Assembly: GCA_963763775.1 (NCBI GenBank)
Contig: CAVXPZ010000001.1
Coordinates: 288,001-352,000, forward strand
Source of the DNA: an uncultured Chloroflexia bacterium
GTDB lineage: Bacteria; Chloroflexota; Limnocylindria; Limnocylindrales; CSP1-4
Direction of reading: 5' to 3'
DNA: 64,000 nucleotides
Numbering within the stretch: the first letter of the stretch is position 1; the number at the start of each line of letters is the position of its first letter. The notes beneath the pieces are model-generated. The model was not told where the DNA came from. It did not search any database and saw nothing but the letters and a program-made list of their open reading frames with translations. Below are positions 45,113 through 54,281 of the stretch, in pieces. A program made the translations under genes and the position numbers.

Positions 45113-45169
45113 AGCGAAGGCACGACCGTCGTTGACGCGCCTAGGCGTTGCGCACGGAAGTCCTCACGC

Positions 45170-45300
45170 CTGCCGACAGGCATTCAAAGGGTTGACCCGA
45201 AGCGCGATGCATCCGATACGGTGGCGGGGACTCCTCGCCGCCCGAGCCGGTCGAGAGGTCATCGGCGATCGTCCGATCGAGCCGGGCGTCGCGGCCGCCA
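45170..45300 (+). pseudogene. Fragment homologous to the 46531 gene
   Basis: SAMHPIRWRGLLAA vs SAMYPTRWRGLLAA. Confidence 0.55.
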
Positions 45301-45859
45301 ACGACGACGAGCCCGCGTACTCCAAGCTGCGGCTGGCCGATGTCCGAGACTGGCCGCCACCTGGTCCGCACGGGCCTCAAGGCGACCGAGGCGAGTGGTC
45401 GTGGTGGGTGGAAGATCGCCAGGTAGGGCGGATCGGCTGCCCGACTCGATGCCGCCCGCGGGGGAGTCACAGTCCACGTAGGGTCGCGCACGTAGCTCGG
45501 GACAGCTGCGCTGGTTCACGTCGACAATCACGACGGAGTGGTCGGCCTGACGGGACGGCATCGGCGCCGGATCATGGTCCGACTGTGCGGGACCGGCGGC
45601 TGATGATCCAGGTCATGGCCCGTCCGGCGGCAGGCACCAGCCCTGGCGTCCTCGCCACACTCCGTTCGCGCTTCCGGCGCACGGTCGGTTGATGACCGGG
45701 AGTGGTGCGGGTTGGTGCTGGACCAGGCCTCGCCGAGTTCAGCCCGCTCAGGACTGCGAGCCCGCTCAGACTCGAGGAGACGGACGCGACGACTAGGCCT
45801 CTGGCGACGCCGAGGGCCGGCGTCCCTCAGCGTCACTGAGACTCGCTCGCTCATCGGAC

Positions 45860-46092
45860 CTCCGAGCCGGTGCACCGTATCTCTGCTTCCAGCGCGTTCC
45901 CGAAGCGAAGGCTGTGAAGAATCGGCTCCATCTCGACGTCTCGGTCGAGGAGGTGGACTCGGCTTGTGCCCGCATCGAGGCGCTCGGAGGTCGGCGACGG
46001 GATCACCACGACTTCCACGAGTACGGCTATTCCTGGCGGCGGATGGCGGATTCCGGCATGGGAACGAGTTCTGTCTGATCTTCGAGGCCTGA
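45860..46092 (+). pseudogene. VOC/glyoxalase C-terminal half, N-terminus missing
   Basis: LCFQRVPEAKAVKNRLHLDV...MAD, then frameshift to GNEFCLI. Confidence 0.8.
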
Positions 46093-46530
46093 GTCGTTTG
46101 TCGGGCTCGCCCACACCGGACCTTTCGAGTCGCAGGATCTCGCTCCGACGTGACGCAGCTCCGCGGCGGATTCCGATGGCTGACCGAGTTGCGCTGCAGG
46201 GACGCGTCGGGAGACAGCCCATCGTGACCGATCGGGACCGCGGCAGTCCAGGATCGACCTGCCGCCGGGCCAGCTATCATCCTCGACCCATGAGTGGCGA
46301 CACCCACATCGAGCCCGTCGTGACCCAGCTCCAGGTTCCGCCTGGAATGCTCGGGCCGGATCCGGTGACCTCGATCGGTCGAGTGTTCCTTGGGGCGGCA
46401 ACATCGCACCCGACGCCCGCCAGCTCGTCCCATGACCTTGGTTCCGTTGCGCGATCCATCGATCATGGCGACGATCGCATGAGTTCATCGAAGGCTGCGA
46501 TGCCGTCGGTCCGTACCTCAAGCCGAACTG

Positions 46531-46979
46531 ATGCCCAAGCACCCATCTGCCCGGCAGCTCGCCTTCGCCGCGGCTCTACGACCGATCGAGCCTGTTGTCG
46601 GTCGGCTCTCCGAGTCGGACGTGGTCGCACGCCTCGCCGCGGCTCTCCCGCCGGCCGAGGAGCGGGTCTATGCGGGCAGAGCGGGCGACGGTCTCGACCG
46701 CGACCTCAACAGCGCCATGTATCCGACGCGATGGCGGGGCTTGCTCGCAGCTGAGCACGCCGGCGCGGCCCGTCGATCGATACCTGCGCTCCGCCTGGAG
46801 CGCTGTGGGGTTGGGAGGTCGGTGACCTGACGTGGGCAGCGGCGCTCGACGCACTCGACGTTGCGATGCACGCAGCCGTTCTCGACGTAGAAGGCCTGCC
46901 GGTCACATCGGCGATGAAGGCCGCTCACCGTTTGGTGCTGGAGATCGCCGGTTCGTCGCTTGGAGCCGCCGGGTCCTGA
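46531..46979 (+). CDS. Hypothetical protein or pseudogene (two frameshifts about 46765-46812)
   Basis: MPKHPS...RWRGLLAAEHAG, then RPVDRYLRSAW, then WEVGDLTWAAALDALDVAMHAA in successive frames. Confidence 0.5.
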
Positions 46980-47074
46980 ATTGTTGTCGCACCGCCGGTG
47001 CGTCGGGGCTCGTTCGACATAGCCACTTGGTCAGGCTTGCGGCCGTCGTGGAAGCCGACGAGAGTGAGCCCGAG

Positions 47075-47407
47075 ATGGAGCGCACCACATTTCACGTGAT
47101 CGGACCGACGCCGGCGTTCCTGCAGGGGCCACGACCGGACGGTGTCCGAACCTGGACCTGGGCCAACGAGATCACCCTCGAGCCCGGCACACGCCTGGGC
47201 TACCTCCGGGCCGGCGGGTACGCCGACCCCTGTTCCAGCATCTACATGGACTGGGACGAGTTCACCGTGCTCGCGGGTCCTTGGGCCGGTCGCGAGGTCT
47301 TGGTCGTGGACGCCGGAACGGTCCGCGACGAAAGGGGTTCGGCCACCCACGACGGTCCGAGACCCCGTCTCGGTCCGCCACCGACGATCGAGGCCGAGAT
47401 TCCGTGA
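47075..47407 (+). CDS. Hypothetical protein, unknown family
   Basis: Coding-like codon use; LEPGTRL...FTVLAGPWAGREVLV. Confidence 0.6.
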   Translation: MERTTFHVIGPTPAFLQGPRPDGVRTWTWANEITLEPGTRLGYLRAGGYADPCSSIYMDWDEFTVLAGPWAGREVLVVDAGTVRDERGSATHDGPRPRLGPPPTIEAEIP

Positions 47408-47483
47408 CCCGCCGCGTGGCATTGGGCGGTCATCCCGTGACACAGCTGTCGTGAGGAGCCGAGGGCAGTCGCGACCCCGGGGC

Positions 47484-47978
47484 ATGACCCCGGGCGCGGT
47501 CGTGCTCGACCGACTTCTCGGGCGACCTGACTCACCGAGACTCGATCTGGACCTCGCTGACCCGTGTGTGCTCGAGATCCCGTGCGGCCACGTCCACCAG
47601 GAAGAGGTCAACGCGAGGGTCGGGTGGTTCGGCGACGACGTCGACCCGTTGCCGCGGCTCTGGGAGGTGATCGGCGATGTGTGGGCCCAGGAGGCGACCG
47701 CGACCGGCGTCTACCGCGGGCACGTCGGAGCGCTGCCAGCCGGAACGCCGCTACGCCTCGACGCGTCCACCCTCTGGATCGTGCCGACCTCGTACATCCA
47801 CCACGTCGGGCGCGAGTACGATGCCGGGCACCGGTTCTTCGTCCTGGGCGGCGCGTTCGTCGGGCGCTGCTTCTATCTCTACGAGGTCGACGACGGGAGG
47901 GGTGCGAGGCCGGATGGGATCCGGCCGCTCGAGGTCAGCCGGCGGCCGACCGACGCCCCGACTGACTCATTCCCTTGA
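47484..47978 (+). CDS. Hypothetical protein, probable paralog of the 47075 gene
   Basis: LPAGTPL...FFVLGGAFVGRCFYL. Confidence 0.6.
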   Translation: MTPGAVVLDRLLGRPDSPRLDLDLADPCVLEIPCGHVHQEEVNARVGWFGDDVDPLPRLWEVIGDVWAQEATATGVYRGHVGALPAGTPLRLDASTLWIVPTSYIHHVGREYDAGHRFFVLGGAFVGRCFYLYEVDDGRGARPDGIRPLEVSRRPTDAPTDSFP

Positions 47979-48033
47979 CGTGGCGCTCGATTCGGGTCCG
48001 TCCAGTCGGTGACCCGCCCCGGGACCGGCGTCA

Positions 48034-48091
48034 CGGGCTACCATTGACCTCCCGTGACGACCCTCGCCCCGAACGACTTCACGCACCTCCA
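48034..48091 (+). repeat. Right copy of direct repeat (functional dnaE promoter and start)
   Basis: Contains TACCAT 48039-48044 and GTG 48054. Confidence 0.9.
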
Positions 48092-51000
48092 TGTCCACTC
48101 GGAGTTCAGCCTGCTCGACGGGCTCGGGCGGATCACGGAGCTGGTCGACGCGGCGGCGCAGCAGGGCATGGATTCGCTCGCGTTGACCGACCACGGCGCC
48201 CTCTATGGCGCCGTCGCGTTCTACCAGGCCGCGAAGAACCAGGGCATCAAGCCGATCATCGGGATCGAGACGTATGTCGCCCGCCGCTCGATGCTCGACA
48301 AGGAAGGCAAGGCCGATAGCCAGCCGTTCCACCTGATCCTGCTCGCCCAGGACTGGGTGGGCTACCAGAACCTCTGCCGGCTCGCCACGGACGCCCATCT
48401 CGACGGCTACTACTACAAGCCGCGCATCGACCGTGAGCATCTCGCCAAGCACAGCAAGGGCCTCATCGGTCTCTCCGCCTGCCTTGGCGGCGAGGTCGCG
48501 AAGGCGCTCGAGGTCGACGACTGGGAGCTGGCCCGCAAGGTGGCCGGCGAGTACGGCGACATCTTCGGCAAGGACCGGTTCTTCCTCGAGCTCCAGGACC
48601 ACGGGCTCGCGGAGCAGCGGCGACTGAACGAGCAGTTGCACCGCCTGGCCCCGGAGACCGGCCTGCCGCTGGTCGTCACCAACGACCTCCACTACGTCCG
48701 CCGCGACCAGGCCGAGGCCCAGGACGTCCTCCTCTGTATCGGCACGGGCAACAACCTCGACACGCCGAACCGGCTCCGGTTCGAATCGCCCGAGTTCTAT
48801 GTGAAGTCCGCGGCCGAGATGGCGGCGCTCTTCCCGGACGACCTCGACGCGATCCGCAACACCCGACGCATCGCCGAGATGACCGACATCTCGCTGCCGC
48901 TCGGGCAACTCCGGATCCCGCACTTCCCGGTGCCCGATGGCGAGACGGTCGAGAGCTGGCTCCGCAAGGAGTGCGAGGCCGGGCTGCGACGCCGCTACGG
49001 CGAGATCACGCCGGCCCTCCAGGAGCGCCTGGACTACGAGCTCGGCGTCATCCTCTCGATGGGGTATGCCGGCTACTTCCTGATCGTCGCGGACTTCATC
49101 CGGTTCGCCCGCGAGCAGGGCATCCAGACGACCTGCCGCGGCAGCGCGCCGGGCTCGATCGTCACGTACACCCTGGGTATCACGCCGGTCGATCCGATCC
49201 TCTACCAGCTCCCGTTCGAGCGGTTCCTCAACCCGGACCGCGTGACGATGCCCGACATCGACGTGGACTTCGAGGACGGCCGCCGCGACGAGGTCATCGC
49301 CTACGTCGGGCGCAAGTACGGCCAGGACCATGTGGCCCAGATCATCACGTTCGGCACGATGCTCGCGCGGGCGGCGATCCGCGACGTCGGCCGGGTGCTG
49401 GGCAACTCCTACGGCGAGGTCGACCGCATCGCGAAGGCGATCCCGAACCAGCTGGGGATCTCGCTCGACGAGGCCCTCAAGATCGCGCCGGCGCTCCGAG
49501 AGCAGGTCGACGCCGACCCGGGAGTCAAGCGGATCATCGACTTCGCCCGCCACCTCGAGGGCGTCGCCCGGAACGCGTCCACGCACGCGGCCGGCGTCGT
49601 CATCAGCCGCGAGCCGCTGACCGAGCTCATGCCGCTCCAGCGGGCGACGAACTCGGACGGGCTGATGACCCAGTACGAGATGCACGCGATCGAGGCGCTG
49701 GGCCTGCTCAAGTTCGACTTCCTCGGCCTCTCGAACCTGACGATCCTGCGGCAGGCCGTGGATACGGTCCGCGCCGAGCGCGGCGTCGAGATCGACCTCG
49801 ACACGATCCCCCTCGACGACGCCCGCACGTTCGAGCTGCTCGCCTCGGGCGAGACGACCGGCATCTTCCAGCTCGAGTCCGCGGGGATGCGCCGGTACAT
49901 CCGCGAGCTGCGCCCGACGTCGGTCTACGACCTGGCCGCGATGGTCGCGCTCTATCGCCCGGGACCGATGGACAACATCCCGGCCTACATCCGGCGCAAG
50001 CACGGCCAGGAGCCGGTCACGTACCTGCACCCGCTGCTCGAGCCGTACCTGGAGAAGACCTACGGGATCTTCGTGTACCAGGAGGACATCATGTCCGCGG
50101 CCGTGGCCCTCGGCGGGTTCAGCGGCCCCGAGGCCGACACGCTCGGCTACGCGATCCGCAAGAAGAAGTCCGCGGTCCTGCGCGCCCAGAAGGAGAAGTT
50201 CGTCACGCAGGCGGCCGAGCGCGGGGTCGCCGCCAAGACCATCGATGACGTCTTCGCCGCCTTCGAGCCCTTCGAGCGCTACGGGTTCAACAAGGCGCAC
50301 GCCACCTGCTACGGGCTCATCGCCTACCAGACGGCCTACCTCAAGGCCAACTACACGGTCGAGTACATGACCGCGGTCCTGACGGCGTTCCGCTCGAACG
50401 AGGAGAAGGTCGCGGCGGCCGTGGCCGAGTGCCGCCGGATGGCGATCGAGGTCCTCCCGCCCGACGTCCACCGGAGCCATCTCGAGTTCACGGTCGAAGG
50501 CCCGGCGATCCGGTTCGGCCTGCTGGCCGTCAAGAACGTCGGCCAGGGCGCGATCGAGTCGATCATCGCGGCGCGCGACGACGGTGGCACCTTCCGGTCC
50601 CTCACCGACTTCTGCACCCGGATCGACCTCCGCCTGTGCAACCGAAAGGTCCTCGAGGCGCTCATCAAGGTGGGGGCCCTGGGCGATCTGGGGCACCCGG
50701 CGCAGCTCCTCCTTGGTCTCGACGACGCCATCGCGTCCGCCCAGGCGACCCAGCGCGACCGGGTGTCGGGCCAGACCTCCCTCTTCGATCTCGGCGCGGC
50801 GGACGCGGAGGTCTTCGAGCGGCCGCTCCCCGCCGCGACCGAGGTCCCGATGCGCGAGCGACTCCGGTGGGAGAAGGAGCTGCTCGGGCTGTACCTCTCG
50901 GAGCACCCGATGGGCGAGGTCGCCGAACAGGTCGGGCGCTTCGTGAATGCGTACTCGGGCGATCTGCGGGACGAGTCGCTCGACGGCCAGCGGGTCGTCG

Positions 51001-51941
51001 TCGGCGGGATCGTGACCGGTATCCGCACGGTGGTCACGAAGAAGCAGGAATCGATGGCGATCGCGACGCTCGAGGACCTCCAGGGGACCATCGAGGTCGT
51101 CGTGTTCCCGCGCCTCTACGAGACCACGCGGGGGACCTGGCGCGACGGGCAGATCCTGCTGGTCGCTGGGCGGGTCGACCATCGAGGCGAGGAGATCTCC
51201 TTGCTCGCCGACCTTGCGGTCGACTGGGACGACGCTGCGGCTCGCGGACCCGAGGCGTTCGCCCGGGAGGTCGCCGCCGGCGACCGCGGCCGAGGTCGCG
51301 GCGGGTACGGGGGCCGCAACGGGAACGGCAATGGGAACGGGAATGGCAACGGGTTCGGGCGACCGGCCGCCCCGCCCGACGAGCGGCCGATGGTCGCGGT
51401 CGGCCCGGGTCCGGCCGTCGACGCCCCGGTCGCGGTCGGTGCCGCGGTCGCCGGCGTGCCGCCGGACGCCCCGGCGGTGCCCTTCGTCTCGCCCCTGCGC
51501 GGCGACGAGGCGGCGGCCGGCATGGCGTCACTGCCATCCATCGCGCCGGCCGAGCCGATGCCCACGTACCAGGAGCCGCCTGGCGCCACCGTCGCCGATC
51601 CCGAGGTGGAAGAGGAGCCGGCGCTGCCCGATGAAGCGAGGTCGCGTGCGGCGGATCTCGCCGCGGCGCCGACCCGCCCGATGGATGCCGGGGAGGGGAG
51701 CGTCCTCCACGTCCGGTTCTTCGGCGCGTCGGGCGACCGGCTCCTCGACGCGATGCGCGCGTTCCGGGACGTCGTGCGGGCCCGCCCCGGCGAGACCCGT
51801 GTCCTCGTCCACATCGACGTCGCCGGGAGTACGGGCCTGCCGATGGAGCTTCGGCCCGTCGCCTACGACGCCGAGCTGCTGGCCGAGGTCCGTCGACGGC
51901 TGGGGGACGGCCTCGTCGAGCTCCGGCTCGCCAGCACGTGA
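48054..51941 (+). CDS. dnaE: DNA polymerase III alpha subunit
   Basis: HLHVHSEFSLLDG PHP; RGSAPGS; MPDIDVD; LLKFDFLGL; YGFNKAHA; OB domain. Confidence 0.97.
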   Translation: MTTLAPNDFTHLHVHSEFSLLDGLGRITELVDAAAQQGMDSLALTDHGALYGAVAFYQAAKNQGIKPIIGIETYVARRSMLDKEGKADSQPFHLILLAQDWVGYQNLCRLATDAHLDGYYYKPRIDREHLAKHSKGLIGLSACLGGEVAKALEVDDWELARKVAGEYGDIFGKDRFFLELQDHGLAEQRRLNEQLHRLAPETGLPLVVTNDLHYVRRDQAEAQDVLLCIGTGNNLDTPNRLRFESPEFYVKSAAEMAALFPDDLDAIRNTRRIAEMTDISLPLGQLRIPHFPVPDGETVESWLRKECEAGLRRRYGEITPALQERLDYELGVILSMGYAGYFLIVADFIRFAREQGIQTTCRGSAPGSIVTYTLGITPVDPILYQLPFERFLNPDRVTMPDIDVDFEDGRRDEVIAYVGRKYGQDHVAQIITFGTMLARAAIRDVGRVLGNSYGEVDRIAKAIPNQLGISLDEALKIAPALREQVDADPGVKRIIDFARHLEGVARNASTHAAGVVISREPLTELMPLQRATNSDGLMTQYEMHAIEALGLLKFDFLGLSNLTILRQAVDTVRAERGVEIDLDTIPLDDARTFELLASGETTGIFQLESAGMRRYIRELRPTSVYDLAAMVALYRPGPMDNIPAYIRRKHGQEPVTYLHPLLEPYLEKTYGIFVYQEDIMSAAVALGGFSGPEADTLGYAIRKKKSAVLRAQKEKFVTQAAERGVAAKTIDDVFAAFEPFERYGFNKAHATCYGLIAYQTAYLKANYTVEYMTAVLTAFRSNEEKVAAAVAECRRMAIEVLPPDVHRSHLEFTVEGPAIRFGLLAVKNVGQGAIESIIAARDDGGTFRSLTDFCTRIDLRLCNRKVLEALIKVGALGDLGHPAQLLLGLDDAIASAQATQRDRVSGQTSLFDLGAADAEVFERPLPAATEVPMRERLRWEKELLGLYLSEHPMGEVAEQVGRFVNAYSGDLRDESLDGQRVVVGGIVTGIRTVVTKKQESMAIATLEDLQGTIEVVVFPRLYETTRGTWRDGQILLVAGRVDHRGEEISLLADLAVDWDDAAARGPEAFAREVAAGDRGRGRGGYGGRNGNGNGNGNGNGFGRPAAPPDERPMVAVGPGPAVDAPVAVGAAVAGVPPDAPAVPFVSPLRGDEAAAGMASLPSIAPAEPMPTYQEPPGATVADPEVEEEPALPDEARSRAADLAAAPTRPMDAGEGSVLHVRFFGASGDRLLDAMRAFRDVVRARPGETRVLVHIDVAGSTGLPMELRPVAYDAELLAEVRRRLGDGLVELRLAST

Positions 51942-51945
51942 CGGC

Positions 51946-52971
51946 ATGACGACCCCGTCATCCTGGGTGGCGACGCGACCCGACGAGGGCATCGACGCCG
52001 ACGCGGTGATCCGGCGCTGGTGGGGCCTGTCGGCCAGGTCCGTCGAGCCGCTGCCGAGCGAACGCGACCGGAATCTGCTGATCCAGCCCGACGCCGGCGC
52101 GCCCACACTCGTGCTGAAGATCTCGAACCTCGCCGAGGACGCGGCATTCCTCGATTGCCAGGATCTCGTCGCCGGCCGCCTCGCGACGGCGGGCCTGCCG
52201 GTCGCACGGCCCATCCCCGCGCTCGACGGCCGATCCGTGGTCGGCCTGGGCGACCCGGGACCGCCCTGGGCGAGACTCCTGCCGTGGCTGCCGGGGCGTC
52301 CGCTCGCGACCGTCGCGACGCCGTCGGACGGGCTCCTCGCGGACCTCGGACGCGTGCTCGGCGGGGTCGCCGCGGCCCTCGCGGGCGTGGACCACCCGGC
52401 GGCCCATCGACCGCTCCAATGGGACGTCCTGCACGCGGTCGACGTCATCGGCGCGAACCTGCCCGACGTCGACGACCCCGACCGGCGGGCCTTGCTGGAG
52501 CGCACCCTGGCCGGGCTGCGGGACCGGCTCGTCCCCGTCCTGCCGCGACTGCGGCGGAGCCTGATCCACAACGACGCCAATGACTACAACGTGCTGGTCG
52601 ACGAGACCGGGGAGCGCGTCACGGGCCTGCTCGACTTCGGCGACCTGCTGCACTCGGTGACGGCTGCCGAGGTCACGATCGCCGCCGCCTACGCGATGTT
52701 CCATCGGGAGGATCCGATCTCGGTCCTGGGGCCGCTCGTCGGGGCGTTCGACGCCGCGTTCACGCTGACCGATGACGAGATCGACGCCGTGCCGGGCCTG
52801 GTCACGGCCCGCCTCGCCACGAGCGTGGCGATCTCGGCCCATCAGTCCCGGCTCGACCACGACCCGTACCTGCGCGTCTCCGAGGCTTCGGGTTGGACGC
52901 TGCTTGCGCAGCTGGAGGCGGTCGGCCCGGATGCCGTCCGCCGCGCCGTGCACGAGGCCGTCGGCCGATGA
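51946..52971 (+). CDS. Phosphotransferase, hydroxylysine kinase-like (APH/choline kinase fold)
   Basis: LPSERDRN, IHNDANDYNVL, LLDFGD. Confidence 0.85.
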   Translation: MTTPSSWVATRPDEGIDADAVIRRWWGLSARSVEPLPSERDRNLLIQPDAGAPTLVLKISNLAEDAAFLDCQDLVAGRLATAGLPVARPIPALDGRSVVGLGDPGPPWARLLPWLPGRPLATVATPSDGLLADLGRVLGGVAAALAGVDHPAAHRPLQWDVLHAVDVIGANLPDVDDPDRRALLERTLAGLRDRLVPVLPRLRRSLIHNDANDYNVLVDETGERVTGLLDFGDLLHSVTAAEVTIAAAYAMFHREDPISVLGPLVGAFDAAFTLTDDEIDAVPGLVTARLATSVAISAHQSRLDHDPYLRVSEASGWTLLAQLEAVGPDAVRRAVHEAVGR

Positions 52972-54281
52972 CGGCCAGGGACGCGAGCGCGGACACGGAT
53001 CTCCTCGCCCGGCGCCGCCGCGCCATCGGCCCCTCGCTGTCGCTGAGCTACCGCCGCCCGCTGACGATCGTTCGCGGCGAGGGTGCGTACCTGTACGACG
53101 CGGACGGCCGCGGCTACCTGGACCTCGTGAACAACGTCGCGCACGTCGGCCACGCGAACCCGCGGGTCGTCGAAGCCGCCGCGCGCCAGAAGGCCCTCCT
53201 CGAGACGAACACGCGCTACCTGCACCCGGCGGTCCTCGACTACGCGGACCGACTCGTCGCGACCCTCCCCGCGCCGCTCGAGGTCGCCTATCTCGTGAAC
53301 TCCGGCAGCGAGGCGAACGAGCTCGCCCTCAGGCTCGCGCGGGCCGCGACCGGCCGCCGCGACGTCGTGGCGTTCGAGGGCGCGTATCACGGCAACACGG
53401 GGGCCCTGATCGACGTCAGCCCGTACAAGTTCGACGGTCCGGGCGGGACCGGTCGACCGGAGCACGTCCACGTGGCGCCGCTCGCGGACCCGTACCGGGG
53501 TCGCTACCGCGGTACGACGGCCGAGTCTGGCGCGGCGTACGTCGCGGAGCTGCGGGCGGTCCTCGATGCCGCGGCGGCCGACGGGCGACCGGTCGGCGCC
53601 GTCATCGTCGAGTCGGCGCCCGGCACGGCGGGACAGGTCATCCCGCCGCCCGGGTTCCTGTCAGGTGCCTACCGGGCGGCGAGGGACGCCGGGGCCGTGG
53701 CGATCGCCGACGAGGTCCAGGTGGGCCTGGGTCGGGTCGGAGCCGAGTGGTGGTCGTTCCAGCTCGACGACGCGGTCCCCGACATCGTCACGATGGGCAA
53801 ACCGCTCGGGAACGGCCATCCGCTGGGCGCGGTCGTGACGACGCGCGAGATCGCCGACGCCTTCGCGAACGGGATGGAGTGGTTCAACACGTTCGGCGGG
53901 AACGCCGTGTCCGCGCGCGTCGGCCTGGCCGTCATGGACGTCATCGAGGCGGAAGGGCTCCGCCAGCACGCGACCGACGCCGGCGCCCGGTTCCTGCAGG
54001 GGTTCCGCGAGCTCGCGACTCGCCACGAGGCGATCGGCGACGTCCGCGGTCAGGGCCTGTACGTGGGGGTCGTGCTGGTCACGGACCGTGGAACGCGTCA
54101 GCCGGCGACCGCGCTGGCCGCGGACCTGCTCGAAGGGGCCCTGGAGCGCGGCATCCTCCTGAGCACCGACGGCCCGGGCCACGACAGCCTGAAGATCAAG
54201 CCCCCGCTCGTCATCGACACCGCGGACGTCGACCGGACGATCGAGACGATCGACGAGGTCCTGACGAGCCTAGGCGCCTGA
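52968..54281 (+). CDS. Class III PLP enzyme, phospho-lyase (PHYKPL/ETNPPL)-like
   Basis: NNVAHVGH, NTRYLH, ADEVQVGLGR, TMGKPLGNGHP, FNTFGGN, KIKPPL. Confidence 0.88.
   Translation: MTARDASADTDLLARRRRAIGPSLSLSYRRPLTIVRGEGAYLYDADGRGYLDLVNNVAHVGHANPRVVEAAARQKALLETNTRYLHPAVLDYADRLVATLPAPLEVAYLVNSGSEANELALRLARAATGRRDVVAFEGAYHGNTGALIDVSPYKFDGPGGTGRPEHVHVAPLADPYRGRYRGTTAESGAAYVAELRAVLDAAAADGRPVGAVIVESAPGTAGQVIPPPGFLSGAYRAARDAGAVAIADEVQVGLGRVGAEWWSFQLDDAVPDIVTMGKPLGNGHPLGAVVTTREIADAFANGMEWFNTFGGNAVSARVGLAVMDVIEAEGLRQHATDAGARFLQGFRELATRHEAIGDVRGQGLYVGVVLVTDRGTRQPATALAADLLEGALERGILLSTDGPGHDSLKIKPPLVIDTADVDRTIETIDEVLTSLGA

Larger units (their letters stand above)
43018..48091. mobile_element. Integrase-free genomic islet bounded by a dnaE 5' duplication
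   Basis: Flanking repeat, visibly more A/T than the flanks, many gene fragments. Confidence 0.6.

Noticed and set aside
45741-45776. Short tandem agcccgctcag repeat
   Set aside because: Only two imperfect units with no spacers; local duplication in decaying DNA, not CRISPR
46100-46820. LRLERSGVG versus LRLERCGVG peptide similarity on opposite strands
   Set aside because: The second peptide is in an off frame after a frameshift, and nucleotide similarity is weak
43076-48033. Integron cassette array or prophage
   Set aside because: No integrase, no recurring attC-like inverted repeats, and no phage or transposase genes recognised
47967-51182. Very long antisense ORFs opposite dnaE, also opposite polA, GH94 and pcrA
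   Set aside because: Expected from GC3 bias; Arg/Gly-rich with no family motifs
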